From Escherichia coli (GTDB lineage: Bacteria > Pseudomonadota > Gammaproteobacteria > Enterobacterales > Enterobacteriaceae), in assembly GCF_003334765.1 (NCBI RefSeq), contig NZ_QOWT01000009.1: a stretch of 64,000 bases of DNA. One strand, 5' to 3'. The notes beneath the pieces are model-generated. The model saw only the letters and a program-made list of their open reading frames with translations. It had not been told where the DNA came from and ran no database searches. Positions within the stretch are counted from its first letter, which is position 1. Each line of letters opens with the position of its first letter. Positions 1 to 12,644 of this stretch are shown here, in pieces. The translations under genes were made by a program, and so were the position numbers.

Positions 1-1405
1 CCAGCTCGATGATGTGTTCCGCAATCAAATGACTGGTTTTGTGGGTGGTCAGCGTTTCAACAAACGATTTGTCGATTTTCAAAATATCGACATTCAATGA
101 TTTAAGGTTATGCAAGTTAGAGTAGCCAATACCAAAATCATCAATTGCCACTTCGTAACCTGCCTGGCGGAAAGCCAGAATAATCGGCGTCATTTTGTCA
201 ACATCAAGAAATGCATGCTCAGTCACTTCAAATTTAATTTGCTGCGGACGCACCGCGTATTGCTCTGTTTTCTGATTGATTCGCGCTATCAACCGTGACG
301 TATGAAAATCGGAGGCCGACAGGTTAATAGAAACATAGCGATCTGCATGTGTTGCCAGGTAATCGCCCAGATCGCGGAAGACATTATCAATAACATAATC
401 AGTTATCTGTTCTATCATCCCCTCCTTTTCTGCCAGCGGAATAAACTCTGCCGGATTCATTATTTGCCCCTGCTCACCAGGCCAACGTAACAACGCTTCA
501 GCGCCGATACATTTTTCTGTTTTGATATCGATTATTGGCTGGTAATAAAGACAAAGTTGATGTTTTTCGAGGGCGCGTTGCAATTTACGTTTGGGAGATA
601 AATAGTTTTGTCGAATACGTAGCCAGAGTAATAGCAGAACAAGACTCCCCAAAATACCGGCGGGCAACGCAAAAATAAGATGATTATAAAAATGGGTTAT
701 AAGACGTTGATATGAAGTCGCAACAATGGCTGCAATTGGGCGTTTTGTCGAATAAACTGTCGCATATAAATAGCCATTTCTTTGTACGGTTAAATCCTTC
801 AAATGAATCAGCGGAGAAAACGTTGCTGCCGAGGCCTCTTTGCTTAACGAGAAAAAGGTTTTCGTCACCGTATCATACACACCCCATTGCAATGTCGGGT
901 CATCAGACATCACTTCACTCCAGAAGAGAGGGTTGATAACCGCCACATAATTTCCCCGCTGCATATAGGTCATTTTATAGCCAGAGAAAAAAGGCGTATC
1001 GCGGTAATAATAGATAGAAACGTTAGGTTCACGCTTATAATCGGCCGGTGCAATCGTATAGCCGTTTACAGGCGCTATCAGCGATGAGCATAAAAAATGG
1101 TTATCACGGGCATAGATCAATTCATTAATATAAAGATAGCCACGAATAATATTCAACATTCGCTTTTGATGGGCTGGAGTGCAAACTTGCCCCTGATAGC
1201 GTTCAGCTGCATCGCTCACTAAATCTGCCTGGCGAATGACCAGCTCGGATTTATCCAGTGCCAGTTGAGCAAAGGTTCGGAGCTGATTATTCACTTCTGA
1301 TTTTGCCCAAAGGAAGGCAATCCATAGCGAAAGAATGATGGGAAAGAGAACTAAAAAGATAATGCCCGGCAACGCCAGTAATTGGTGTCGTGCACGATGA
1401 CTCAT
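1..1405 (-). CDS. pdeC: c-di-GMP phosphodiesterase (CSS-motif sensor + EAL domain); C-terminal end cut by window edge
   Basis: Minus-strand frame open from ATG at 1405-1403 ([17 protein letters not shown]...) to position 1; translation carries EAL signatures ([18 protein letters not shown]). Absent from ORF track because its stop lies outside the window. Confidence 0.85.
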
Positions 1406-1834
1406 TGCTATCAATTTCCTGCCTGTTTATACCCGGCCATTGCAAGGTGAAAACCCTGGGTACCGACGTCTTTAGATAAATCTTACGGTATAAATAGCAC
1501 TTTTGCCTGATTTGAAATTGATACCTTTCTAATCGTCACCTGGATGAAAATAATTCATTGATATTCAAAATTAATTTCCTACAGGAATGCAGAGGCGGCG
1601 GGAAGATATGCCCTTAATGCCACTGAAAAACCACATAATCTGTACAGCAATAAAAGTCACGGCCTAATATGGCTAACAAACAATCAATTGTGATATAGTT
1701 CACAAAATTAATGAAACAAACAGAGTGTTTCATTTTTGTGTTCTGCAAGCCCCGCGATAGCCAGAGTGTACCACGCCTCCCGTGAACAACGCCGCGCTGT
1801 CCAGGGCATCGGCTCTTTTCAGAGGAATTGTTTG

Positions 1835-2116
1835 ATGGCTACCCTCACCACTGGCGTGGTTCTTCTTCGCTGGCAACTTCTTAGTGCCGTAATGATGTTT
1901 CTGGCCAGCACACTCAACATCCGTTTTCGTCGGTCTGATTATGTCGGGCTTGCGGTGATCAGCAGCGGTCTGGGCGTTGTTTCCGCCTGTTGGTTCGCAA
2001 TGGGGTTGCTTGGCATCACAATGGCGGACATCACCGCTATCTGGCACAACATCGAGTCGGTGATGATAGAAGAGATGAATCAGACACCGCCACAATGGCC
2101 AATGATTTTGACCTGA
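1835..2116 (+). CDS. yjcB: small inner-membrane protein, uncharacterised (93 aa)
   Basis: Internal ATG at 1835 of track ORF 1736..2116 gives MATLTTGVVLLRWQLL..., hydrophobic, 93 aa; position between pdeC and ssb. Confidence 0.75.
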   Translation: MATLTTGVVLLRWQLLSAVMMFLASTLNIRFRRSDYVGLAVISSGLGVVSACWFAMGLLGITMADITAIWHNIESVMIEEMNQTPPQWPMILT

Positions 2117-2122
2117 TACGTA

Positions 2123-2151
2123 GAAGCCTCCATAACGGAGGCTTCTTTTTT
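2123..2151 (+). terminator. rho-independent terminator downstream of yjcB (convergent with ssb)
   Basis: Hairpin gaagcctcc-ataa-cggaggcttc followed by TTTTTT. Confidence 0.7.
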
Positions 2152-2214
2152 ATGGCTGGCAGATGCTTTAATCATCCACCTTAAAACAATATAACCTATT
2201 GTTTTAATGACAAA

Positions 2215-2751
2215 TCAGAACGGAATGTCATCATCAAAGTCCATCGGCGGCTCGTTAGACGGCGCTGCCGGAGCGGACTGCTGCGGGCGAGACTGCGCGC
2301 CGCCGCTGAACTGATTGCCACCCTGCGGCTGCTGAGGCTGACCCCAACCGCCCTGCGGCTGACCACCACCGATATTGCCACCTGCCGGAGCGCCACCACC
2401 CTGACGACCACCCAGCATCTGCATGGTGCCGCCAACGTTCACCACGACTTCTGTGGTGTAGCGATCCTGACCGGATTGATCGGTCCATTTACGGGTACGC
2501 AGCTGACCTTCGATATAAACCTGAGAACCTTTACGCAGATATTCGCTCGCCACTTCTGCCAGTTTGCCGAACAGCACAACGCGGTGCCATTCAGTCTGTT
2601 CTTTCATCTCGCCGGTCGCTTTATCACGCCAGGATTCGGAAGTAGCCAGCGTAATGTTGGCAACTGCGCCACCATTTGGCATGTAGCGTACTTCCGGGTC
2701 CTGACCCAGATTACCAACGAGAATAACCTTGTTTACGCCTCTGCTGGCCAT
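2215..2751 (-). CDS. ssb: single-stranded DNA-binding protein (178 aa)
   Basis: Track ORF 2215..2814; true start ATG at 2751 gives [30 protein letters not shown]... and the C-terminal DFDDDIPF tail. Confidence 0.97.
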   Translation of the reverse strand: MASRGVNKVILVGNLGQDPEVRYMPNGGAVANITLATSESWRDKATGEMKEQTEWHRVVLFGKLAEVASEYLRKGSQVYIEGQLRTRKWTDQSGQDRYTTEVVVNVGGTMQMLGGRQGGGAPAGGNIGGGQPQGGWGQPQQPQGGNQFSGGAQSRPQQSAPAAPSNEPPMDFDDDIPF

Positions 2752-2903
2752 GTTCGTGTCTCCTGAAAAAAATCGTTCTGAATAAGTGTAAACGCGCGAT
2801 TGTACCATTACCAATAGCGCTTTTACTATGTTGTGACCTCGGTTCCGGGAAACAAACCTGGCCAGACATTGTTACACAACACTCCGGGTAATGCATTCCA
2901 ATA

Positions 2904-2919
2904 CTGTATATTCATTCAG
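2904..2919. promoter_or_regulatory. LexA (SOS) box in the divergent ssb-uvrA control region
   Basis: CTGTATATTCATTCAG fits CTG-N10-CAG LexA consensus, about 85 bp upstream of uvrA ATG. Confidence 0.85.
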
Positions 2920-3004
2920 GTCAATTTGTGTCATAATTAACCGTTTGTGATCGCCGGTAGCACCATGCCACCGGGCAAAAAAGCGTTTAATCCGGGAAAG
3001 GTGA

Positions 3005-5827
3005 ATGGATAAGATCGAAGTTCGGGGCGCCCGCACCCATAATCTCAAAAACATCAACCTCGTTATCCCCCGCGACAAGCTCATTGTCGTGACCGGGCTT
3101 TCGGGTTCTGGCAAATCCTCGCTCGCTTTCGACACCTTATATGCCGAAGGGCAGCGCCGTTACGTTGAATCCCTTTCCGCCTACGCGCGGCAGTTTCTGT
3201 CACTGATGGAAAAGCCGGACGTCGATCATATTGAGGGGCTTTCTCCTGCCATCTCAATTGAGCAGAAATCGACGTCTCATAACCCGCGTTCTACGGTGGG
3301 GACAATCACCGAAATCCACGACTATTTGCGTTTGTTATTCGCCCGCGTTGGCGAGCCGCGCTGTCCGGACCACGACGTCCCGCTGGCGGCGCAAACCGTC
3401 AGCCAGATGGTGGATAACGTGCTGTCGCAGCCGGAAGGCAAGCGTCTGATGCTACTCGCGCCAATCATTAAAGAGCGCAAAGGCGAACACACCAAAACGC
3501 TGGAGAACCTGGCAAGCCAGGGCTACATCCGTGCTCGTATTGATGGCGAAGTCTGCGATCTTTCCGATCCGCCAAAACTGGAACTGCAAAAGAAACATAC
3601 CATTGAAGTGGTGGTTGATCGCTTCAAGGTGCGTGACGATCTTACCCAACGTCTTGCCGAGTCATTTGAAACCGCGCTGGAGCTTTCCGGTGGTACCGCG
3701 GTAGTGGCGGATATGGACGACCCGAAAGCGGAAGAGCTGCTGTTCTCCGCCAACTTCGCCTGCCCAATTTGCGGCTACAGTATGCGTGAACTGGAGCCGC
3801 GACTGTTTTCGTTTAACAACCCGGCGGGGGCCTGCCCGACCTGCGACGGCCTTGGCGTACAGCAATATTTCGATCCTGATCGAGTGATCCAGAATCCGGA
3901 ACTGTCGCTGGCTGGTGGTGCGATCCGTGGCTGGGATCGCCGCAACTTCTATTATTTCCAGATGCTGAAATCGCTGGCAGATCACTATAAGTTCGACGTC
4001 GAAGCGCCGTGGGGCAGCCTGAGCGCGAACGTGCATAAAGTGGTGTTGTACGGTTCTGGCAAAGAAAACATTGAATTCAAATACATGAACGATCGTGGCG
4101 ATACCTCCATTCGTCGTCATCCGTTCGAAGGCGTGCTGCATAATATGGAGCGCCGCTATAAAGAGACGGAATCCAGCGCGGTACGCGAAGAATTAGCCAA
4201 GTTTATCAGTAATCGTCCGTGCGCCAGCTGCGAAGGGACGCGTCTGCGTCGGGAAGCGCGCCACGTGTATGTCGAGAATACGCCGCTGCCTGCTATCTCC
4301 GACATGAGCATTGGTCATGCGATGGAATTCTTCAACAATCTCAAACTCGCAGGTCAGCGGGCGAAGATTGCAGAAAAAATCCTTAAAGAGATCGGCGATC
4401 GTCTGAAATTCCTCGTTAACGTCGGCCTGAATTACCTGACGCTTTCCCGCTCGGCAGAAACGCTTTCTGGCGGTGAAGCACAGCGTATCCGTCTGGCGAG
4501 CCAGATTGGTGCGGGCCTGGTTGGCGTTATGTACGTGCTGGACGAGCCGTCTATCGGCCTGCACCAGCGTGATAACGAGCGCCTGTTGGGTACGCTTATC
4601 CATCTGCGCGATCTCGGTAATACCGTGATTGTGGTGGAGCACGACGAAGACGCAATTCGCGCCGCTGACCATGTGATCGACATTGGCCCGGGCGCAGGTG
4701 TTCACGGCGGTGAAGTGGTCGCAGAAGGTCCGCTGGAAGCGATTATGGCGGTGCCGGAGTCGTTGACCGGGCAGTACATGAGCGGCAAACGCAAGATTGA
4801 AGTGCCGAAGAAACGCGTTCCGGCGAATCCGGAAAAAGTGCTGAAGCTGACAGGCGCACGCGGCAACAACCTGAAGGACGTGACGCTGACGCTGCCGGTG
4901 GGTCTGTTTACCTGCATCACCGGGGTTTCAGGTTCCGGTAAATCGACGCTGATTAACGACACACTGTTCCCGATTGCCCAACGCCAGTTGAATGGGGCGA
5001 CCATCGCCGAACCAGCACCGTATCGCGATATTCAGGGGCTGGAGCATTTCGATAAAGTGATCGATATCGACCAAAGCCCAATTGGTCGTACTCCACGTTC
5101 TAACCCGGCGACCTATACCGGCGTGTTTACGCCTGTGCGCGAACTGTTTGCGGGCGTACCGGAATCCCGTGCGCGCGGCTATACGCCGGGACGTTTCAGC
5201 TTTAACGTTCGTGGCGGACGCTGCGAGGCCTGTCAGGGCGATGGCGTGATCAAAGTGGAGATGCACTTCCTGCCGGATATCTACGTGCCGTGCGACCAGT
5301 GCAAAGGTAAACGCTATAACCGTGAAACGCTGGAGATTAAGTACAAAGGCAAAACCATCCACGAAGTGCTGGATATGACCATCGAAGAGGCGCGTGAGTT
5401 CTTTGATGCCGTACCTGCACTGGCGCGTAAGCTGCAAACGTTGATGGACGTTGGCCTGACGTACATTCGACTGGGGCAGTCCGCAACCACCCTTTCAGGC
5501 GGTGAAGCCCAGCGCGTGAAGCTGGCGCGTGAACTGTCAAAACGCGGCACCGGGCAGACGCTGTATATTCTCGACGAGCCGACCACCGGTCTGCACTTCG
5601 CCGATATTCAGCAACTGCTCGACGTACTGCATAAACTGCGCGATCAGGGCAACACCATTGTGGTGATTGAGCACAATCTCGACGTGATCAAAACCGCTGA
5701 CTGGATTGTCGACCTGGGACCAGAAGGCGGCAGTGGTGGCGGCGAGATCCTCGTCTCCGGTACGCCAGAAACCGTCGCGGAGTGCGAAGCATCACACACG
5801 GCACGCTTCCTTAAGCCGATGCTGTAA
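3005..5827 (+). CDS. uvrA: excinuclease ABC subunit A (940 aa)
   Basis: Track ORF 940 aa, [19 protein letters not shown]..., two ABC ATPase modules ([18 protein letters not shown]) and zinc-finger cysteines. Confidence 0.98.
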   Translation: MDKIEVRGARTHNLKNINLVIPRDKLIVVTGLSGSGKSSLAFDTLYAEGQRRYVESLSAYARQFLSLMEKPDVDHIEGLSPAISIEQKSTSHNPRSTVGTITEIHDYLRLLFARVGEPRCPDHDVPLAAQTVSQMVDNVLSQPEGKRLMLLAPIIKERKGEHTKTLENLASQGYIRARIDGEVCDLSDPPKLELQKKHTIEVVVDRFKVRDDLTQRLAESFETALELSGGTAVVADMDDPKAEELLFSANFACPICGYSMRELEPRLFSFNNPAGACPTCDGLGVQQYFDPDRVIQNPELSLAGGAIRGWDRRNFYYFQMLKSLADHYKFDVEAPWGSLSANVHKVVLYGSGKENIEFKYMNDRGDTSIRRHPFEGVLHNMERRYKETESSAVREELAKFISNRPCASCEGTRLRREARHVYVENTPLPAISDMSIGHAMEFFNNLKLAGQRAKIAEKILKEIGDRLKFLVNVGLNYLTLSRSAETLSGGEAQRIRLASQIGAGLVGVMYVLDEPSIGLHQRDNERLLGTLIHLRDLGNTVIVVEHDEDAIRAADHVIDIGPGAGVHGGEVVAEGPLEAIMAVPESLTGQYMSGKRKIEVPKKRVPANPEKVLKLTGARGNNLKDVTLTLPVGLFTCITGVSGSGKSTLINDTLFPIAQRQLNGATIAEPAPYRDIQGLEHFDKVIDIDQSPIGRTPRSNPATYTGVFTPVRELFAGVPESRARGYTPGRFSFNVRGGRCEACQGDGVIKVEMHFLPDIYVPCDQCKGKRYNRETLEIKYKGKTIHEVLDMTIEEAREFFDAVPALARKLQTLMDVGLTYIRLGQSATTLSGGEAQRVKLARELSKRGTGQTLYILDEPTTGLHFADIQQLLDVLHKLRDQGNTIVVIEHNLDVIKTADWIVDLGPEGGSGGGEILVSGTPETVAECEASHTARFLKPML

Positions 5828-5832
5828 TCGTT

Positions 5833-5863
5833 AAGGCCGCTTTCTGAGCGGCCTTTTCCTTTC
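5833..5863. terminator. bidirectional rho-independent terminator between uvrA and yjbR
   Basis: Hairpin aaggccgc-tttctga-gcggcctt then T-rich run, immediately after uvrA TAA. Confidence 0.7.
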
Positions 5864-6218
5864 AGAGTTGCACCAGCAATTTACGTTTTTCTTCCGGCAG
5901 TAAATTCACCGCCTGCTGATAAGACGCATCCACCAGATAATAGATTTGCGAATCTGGCAGCGAACCGTCGAGATACACGGTGCTCCAGTGCGCTTTATTC
6001 AGATGGCGGCTTGGACGCACATCGCTGTGCTGCTGACGTAGCAGCTCCGCCAGCTCCGGGCTGGTTTTCAGCGAAACAGCTGGGCGATTTTCTACTTCTT
6101 TCACCATCGCAAACAGTACATCTTCCACTTTGATCTGCGTCGCTTTCCAGTCATTATGCACGCTCTGTTCTGCGCCTGGTTTTGCCATGCAATATTGTAG
6201 CAACTCCGAAATGGTCAT
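5862..6218 (-). CDS. yjbR: uncharacterised protein YjbR (118 aa)
   Basis: Track ORF 118 aa MTISELLQYCMAKPGAEQ...; located just after yjbQ stop, likely an operon. Confidence 0.85.
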   Translation of the reverse strand: MTISELLQYCMAKPGAEQSVHNDWKATQIKVEDVLFAMVKEVENRPAVSLKTSPELAELLRQQHSDVRPSRHLNKAHWSTVYLDGSLPDSQIYYLVDASYQQAVNLLPEEKRKLLVQL

Positions 6219-6221
6219 TTT

Positions 6222-6638
6222 TTACTCCCCTTGTAGTGTCGCGATGATGCGACGCGATCCGCCGTGGATGCGATGTTCCCCCAGCCAAATGCCTTGCCAG
6301 GTGCCGGTCTGAATACGCCCTTTATGCACCGGCAATACAAGCGATGTTCCCAGCATTGAGGATTTGATATGAGAAGGCATATCGTCTGCTCCCTCATAGT
6401 CATGCTCATAATTTCCGTTGTCGGGAACGGTGCGGAGGAAAAAACGCTCCATGTCGTGGCGTACGGTGGGATCGCAGTTCTCATTAAGTGTCAGAGAGGC
6501 GGAGGTATGTTGCAGCAACAGATGCAGTAAGCCGATGTTAACGCGCGGCATATCAGCCAGCTGATTCAGAATTTCATCCGTTACCAGATGAAACCCACGA
6601 GATTTGGCGCTAAGCGTGAGCGTCTTTTGATACCACAT
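6222..6638 (-). CDS. yjbQ: UPF0047 family protein YjbQ (138 aa)
   Basis: Track ORF 138 aa [23 protein letters not shown]... Confidence 0.85.
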
Positions 6639-6748
6639 GTGCTGCTCCTTGATAAAACTCTCTTAATCAGTTTGCAGCAAGACAGCGAAAGGATAAAGGT
6701 GTGATTAAAAAAACAGCATTCGGGAGAGCATCACGCTCTCCCGCTCTG

Positions 6749-7741
<993 letters not shown>

Positions 7742-7863
7742 TTAATGAACTTAATGATACAGCATTACAAAAACAATCGAAGTTTATAAAGATGATTTCT
7801 GATTGACCAGCCCCCTACCCTACAATGGTGATTAATTTTATTACTCGCGATGGAGATGATGAT

Positions 7864-8067
7864 ATGAATATATCATATGTGAATAGCAACAAAACGACAT
7901 CTTTACCTGTTGAGCTAGATGCACTAAATAATAAAGATATCTCTTATGCCAAAGATTTCTTTTTATACATAGAAACACAGTTAAAAATTGCAAAAGATTT
8001 TTTAGACCTGGAGAAGAAGTATCAAGTTCTATTGCAAGTAAAGTTTTTCACGCATTTATTGATTTAG
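7864..8067 (+). CDS. yjbS: small hypothetical protein in AT-rich spacer (67 aa); possibly a gene remnant
   Basis: ATG at 7864 inside track ORF 7825..8067 (MNISYVNSNKTTSLP...); low GC; downstream short ORF fragments in shifted frames. Confidence 0.45.
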   Translation: MNISYVNSNKTTSLPVELDALNNKDISYAKDFFLYIETQLKIAKDFLDLEKKYQVLLQVKFFTHLLI

Positions 8068-8568
8068 TTAACAAAATCAGGGGTAAGAAAGACTTTATGT
8101 ATATTTGCACGCTTTGCTGTTTTGCCGAGGAGGTTAAAGGTGATTATTCTCATTACAGGACCTTTTTATTTGATATTGGTAATCAATATAAGGTTAAACT
8201 TACACAAAGCGGAAAAAAGAGTTCTCTTTAACATTAGAATTTAACGATACTATAATTGAATCTCAGAAAGTCACAGGCAATAAGGCAAAGCATATTCTTG
8301 AGGATATAGAAATATTCTATCGTAACAAACCCGATACTTATTATTAAATTTAATAATGGTTAGATGTGCAGAAATTATTACTCCACCCAAAAAAACAGGA
8401 TAAGGAATTCCAGATAATTGGGATAAGCTTAACAATAAAAGAACTAACAACGTTTATTATCTCTCACGTAGAACGATGGCATCAAAAAAATCATCTATAA
8501 AGAAAGAGTGAAAGCGACGACAGTTTAATTTCACTGCAGGCTGGGTAGCTCCAGCCTGCTTTCCTGCA

Positions 8569-9762
8569 TTACATCACCGCAGCAAACGCCTTTGCCACAC
8601 GTTGTACATTTGCCGTATTTAACCCGGCGACACACATGCGACCGCTGGCGATGAGATAGACACCAAATTCTTCACGTAGTCGGTCAACCTGAGCGGCACT
8701 TAAACCGGTATAACTGAACATGCCGCGCTGATTAAGCAGATAATCGAAATTGCGTTCTGGCATCTCTGTGCTTAATACCTTCACCAATTCCTGACGCATT
8801 GCCAGAATGCGAGTACGCATCTCTTCTACTTCCGCCAGCCAGCTGGCTTTCAATGCCTCGTCATTCAGCACTGCAGCCACCACCTGCGCACCAAAATTCG
8901 GCGGGCTGGAGTAGTTGCGGCGAACTGTTGCTTTCAATTGCCCCAGTACGCGGCCAGCGGCTTCGGCATCTTCACACATAACAGAAAGTCCGCCGACGCG
9001 CTCGCCGTAAAGGGAGAAAATTTTCGAGAACGAATTGCTCACCAGAGCGGGTAATCCAGCGCTGGCAATGGCGCGAATAGCGTAGGCATCCTCTTCCATA
9101 CCGGCACCAAATCCTTGATAGGCAATATCGAGGAATGGAATAAGCTCGCGGGCTTTGAGAATTTCAATCACCGCATCCCACTGATCATTAGTGAGATCGG
9201 CACCCGTTGGGTTGTGGCAACATGGATGCAGCAACACAATACTGCGGGCAGGTAATGTTTTCAGCGTCGCCAACAGGTCATTAAAGCGCACGCCGTTAGT
9301 CGCTTCGTCATACCAGGGGTAAGTACTCACTTCGAATCCAGCCCCGGCGAATATTGCTACGTGGTTTTCCCAGGTAGGATCGCTGACCCAGACACCTGAT
9401 TCCGGGAAGTAGCGTTTCAGGAAATCCGCGCCCACTTTCAATGCCCCGGAGCCGCCAAGGGTTTGAATGGTTGCTACGCGCTGTTGTTTCAGTACCGGAT
9501 GGTCCGCACCAAACAGCAGCGGCGCAATGGCATGGCGATAGCAGTTAAGCCCTTCCATCGGTAAATAAAGCGAAGCGCCATGAGGCTGCGCATTCAGGCG
9601 CGCTTCCGCCTCCGCCACGGCTTGCAGTTGTGGAATAATTCCGTCTTCGTTGTAGTACAGACCGATACTTAAATTCACTTTGTCGCTGCGAGGGTCTTCT
9701 TTAAAACGCTCCATAAGCGTAAGAATCGGGTCGCCAGCGTAGGCGTCAACTTTTTGAAACAC
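8569..9762 (-). CDS. tyrB: aromatic-amino-acid aminotransferase (397 aa), GTG start
   Basis: Track ORF 8569..9804; N-terminus (V)[19 protein letters not shown] begins at GTG 9762-9760; PLP-lysine motif [17 protein letters not shown]. Confidence 0.95.
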   Translation of the reverse strand: MFQKVDAYAGDPILTLMERFKEDPRSDKVNLSIGLYYNEDGIIPQLQAVAEAEARLNAQPHGASLYLPMEGLNCYRHAIAPLLFGADHPVLKQQRVATIQTLGGSGALKVGADFLKRYFPESGVWVSDPTWENHVAIFAGAGFEVSTYPWYDEATNGVRFNDLLATLKTLPARSIVLLHPCCHNPTGADLTNDQWDAVIEILKARELIPFLDIAYQGFGAGMEEDAYAIRAIASAGLPALVSNSFSKIFSLYGERVGGLSVMCEDAEAAGRVLGQLKATVRRNYSSPPNFGAQVVAAVLNDEALKASWLAEVEEMRTRILAMRQELVKVLSTEMPERNFDYLLNQRGMFSYTGLSAAQVDRLREEFGVYLIASGRMCVAGLNTANVQRVAKAFAAVM

Positions 9763-9958
9763 GCGATGGTTCTCCAGGTTTACGGGCAGGTGGTTAAAAC
9801 ACAATAAACCGGAAGAAGGCGAAGATCGAGTGGATGTTCAGGAGCGAACGGCAATTAGCAACAGAGTGAGACTCATGACAAACGTACATCCGCCAGAGGC
9901 ACGACCTTTATAAGAGCATGAAAGAACATCAACTTATTGAATTTTTAGGATTTTATTG

Positions 9959-9989
9959 GCCGGATAAGGCATTCACGCCGCATCCGGCA
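9959..9989. repeat. REP element (single palindromic unit) between tyrB and alr
   Basis: gccggataaggcattcacgccgcatccggca, a REP-type GC-rich dyad. Confidence 0.8.
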
Positions 9990-10014
9990 CAGACAATCAA
10001 ATATTACAGAACGA

Positions 10015-11094
10015 TTAATCCACGTATTTCATCGCGACCCTTGAAGTCAGGCGCGTAATAAGTTCGTAAGCGCTTACTTTCGTCATTTCAGCGATACGTT
10101 CTACGGGCAAACCTTCGCCCCATAAAATGACCGGATCCCCGGCTTTGTCCTGCGCCTGTGGACCTAAGTCTACGCAGATCATATCCATCGCCACGCGCCC
10201 GACAATCGGTACTTCGCGACCGTTCACCAGCACTGGCGTACCGGACGGCGCGGCGCGCGGATAACCATCGCCATAGCCCATCGCGACTACGCCAAGACGG
10301 GTATCACGTTCGCTTACCCAGGTTCCACCATAACCAACAGGCTCTCCGGCTTTATGCTCACGCACGGCAATCAGGCTGGAGGTTAGTGACATCACTGGCT
10401 GACAGCCAAAATCGGCACCGGTGGAGCGATCTTCCAGCGGCGAGACGCCATAAAGAATGATGCCCGGGCGCACCCAGTCAAAATGCGACTGTGGCCACAG
10501 CAGAATGCCACCCGACGCGGCAATGGAACGTTGACCAGGTTTGCCTTCGCAAAAGGTATTAAAGATAGCGAGTTGTTTCTCGGTTGCGCCACATTTTGGT
10601 TCATCCGCGCGCGCAAAATGGCTGACGATATTCACCGGCTGACGAACGTTTTTGCACTGGGTCAGGCGATGATAAAACGCCTCAGCCTGTTCCGGCCTTA
10701 CGCCCAGACGGTGCATACCGGTATCGAGTTTCATCCAGACGGTAACCGGCTCGTCCAGGCTAGCCTCTTCCAGCGCAGCCAGCTGTTCTTCGTTATGCAC
10801 GGCGGTATGAAAATGTTGCGCAGAAATCGTCGGCAGATCTCTGGCATCAAAAAAGCCTTCGAGTAACAGTACAGGTTTGGTGATTCCCCCCGCACGCAGT
10901 CGCAGAGCTTCTTCGAGACGGGCTACGCCAAAGGCGTCAGCATCGGGGAGCGTTCGCGCGGTCTCAAGAAGACCGTGACCATAAGCGTTCGCTTTCACCA
11001 CCGCAACCATTTTACTGGCAGGGGCCAGTTCACGAAGACGTTGCAGGTTGTGTCGCAGAGCGCGGCGGTTAATCACAACAGTTGCCGCTTGCAT
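10015..11094 (-). CDS. alr: alanine racemase, biosynthetic (359 aa)
   Basis: Track ORF 359 aa [20 protein letters not shown]...; PLP site [10 protein letters not shown]. Confidence 0.96.
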
Positions 11095-11146
11095 TTGTGT
11101 TCCTTGATAAGTGTTTGCTTTAATTACCTAATTCATAAAATAATTA

Positions 11147-12562
11147 TTATTCGTCGTCGTACTGCGGCCCCGCATAGTTGTCGAAGCGCGACCATTGACC
11201 GTTAAAGGTCAGGCGTACCGTCCCGATTGGGCCGTTACGTTGTTTACCGATAATAATTTCCGCGATGCCTTTTAAATCACTGTTTTCGTGATACACCTCA
11301 TCACGATAGATAAACATGATCAAGTCCGCATCCTGCTCGATAGAGCCAGATTCACGCAGGTCGGAGTTGACCGGGCGTTTGTCGGCACGTTGTTCCAGAG
11401 AACGGTTCAACTGGGACAGCGCCACCACCGGCACGTTCAGTTCTTTCGCCAGTGCTTTCAGCGAGCGAGAGATTTCTGCAATTTCCAGCGTACGGTTATC
11501 GGAAAGCGCCGGTACGCGCATCAGTTGCAGGTAGTCGATCATGATAAGCCCGATGCCGCCGTGTTCACGGGCAATACGGCGTGCGCGGGAACGCACTTCC
11601 GTTGGCGTCAGGCCGGAGGAGTCATCGATATAGATATTGCGTTTTTCGAGCAAAATACCCATGGTGCCGGAAATGCGCGCCCAGTCTTCGTCATCGAGCT
11701 GCCCGGTACGGATTTTAGTCTGGTCAACGCGCGACAGCGACGCCAGAGAACGCATCATGATCTGTTCTGATGGCATCTCCAGCGAGAAGATAAGTACCGG
11801 TTTATCCTGCAACATCGCCGCGTTTTCGACGAGGTTCATCGCAAATGTTGTTTTACCCATCGACGGACGCGCGGCGACGATGATCAAATCCGACGGCTGC
11901 AAGCCAGCGGTTTTTTTGTTGAGATCGTCATAACCGGTGTTTACCCCGGTAACGCCATCGTGTGGCTGCTGAAACAACTGCTCAATACGCGCCACGGTTG
12001 CGTCGAGCACATCGGCGATGTTCTTCGGCCCTTCGTCTTTGTTCGCACGACTTTCGGCAATTTTAAAGACGCGGGATTCAGCCAGATCCAGCAGATCTTC
12101 GCTGGTACGCCCCTGCGGATCAAAACCAGCTTCGGCAATCTCATTCGCAACCGAGATCATCTCACGGACAACGGCACGTTCACGCACGATGTCCGCATAG
12201 GCACTGATGTTAGCCGCACTTGGCGTATTTTTTGACAGCTCTGCCAGATAAGCAAAACCACCGACGCTATCGAGTTGCCCCTGGCGTTCCAGCGATTCCG
12301 CAAGAGTAATCAGATCGATAGGGCTACCGCTTTCCTGCAAACGCGCCATTTCAGTAAAGATATGACGGTGTGGGCGGGTGTAAAAATCGTCTGCTACCAC
12401 ACGCTCGGCTACATCATCCCAGCGTTCGTTATCTAGCATTAAACCGCCCAACACCGACTGCTCCGCTTCGATCGAGTGCGGAGGCACTTTCAGCCCGGCA
12501 ACTTGTGGATCGCGTTCGCGGGGTTCAGCCTGCTGTTTGTTGAAGGGTTTATTTCCTGCCAT
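11147..12562 (-). CDS. dnaB: replicative DNA helicase (471 aa)
   Basis: Track ORF 471 aa MAGNKPFNKQQAEPRERDPQVAGLKVPPHSIEAEQ...; Walker A ARPSMGKTTFAMN. Confidence 0.98.
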   Translation of the reverse strand: MAGNKPFNKQQAEPRERDPQVAGLKVPPHSIEAEQSVLGGLMLDNERWDDVAERVVADDFYTRPHRHIFTEMARLQESGSPIDLITLAESLERQGQLDSVGGFAYLAELSKNTPSAANISAYADIVRERAVVREMISVANEIAEAGFDPQGRTSEDLLDLAESRVFKIAESRANKDEGPKNIADVLDATVARIEQLFQQPHDGVTGVNTGYDDLNKKTAGLQPSDLIIVAARPSMGKTTFAMNLVENAAMLQDKPVLIFSLEMPSEQIMMRSLASLSRVDQTKIRTGQLDDEDWARISGTMGILLEKRNIYIDDSSGLTPTEVRSRARRIAREHGGIGLIMIDYLQLMRVPALSDNRTLEIAEISRSLKALAKELNVPVVALSQLNRSLEQRADKRPVNSDLRESGSIEQDADLIMFIYRDEVYHENSDLKGIAEIIIGKQRNGPIGTVRLTFNGQWSRFDNYAGPQYDDE

Positions 12563-12644
12563 AGTGAATGGAGTTACCGAGATAAAGAATGGGTCGAAAC
12601 TTTATCATATGAAGCAGACCCTGACGATACGTTCTGGAGGACAC

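Noticed and set aside
3662-4141. 159-aa minus-strand ORF (plus neighbouring minus ORFs 4193-5586) inside uvrA
   Set aside because: Entirely antisense to the well-supported 940-aa uvrA frame; no independent signal. Treated as a chance ORF in GC-rich coding DNA.
9763-10014. TyrR boxes in the tyrB promoter region
   Set aside because: Expected biologically, but I could not pick out a convincing TGTAAA-N6-TTTACA match by eye, so no feature is reported.
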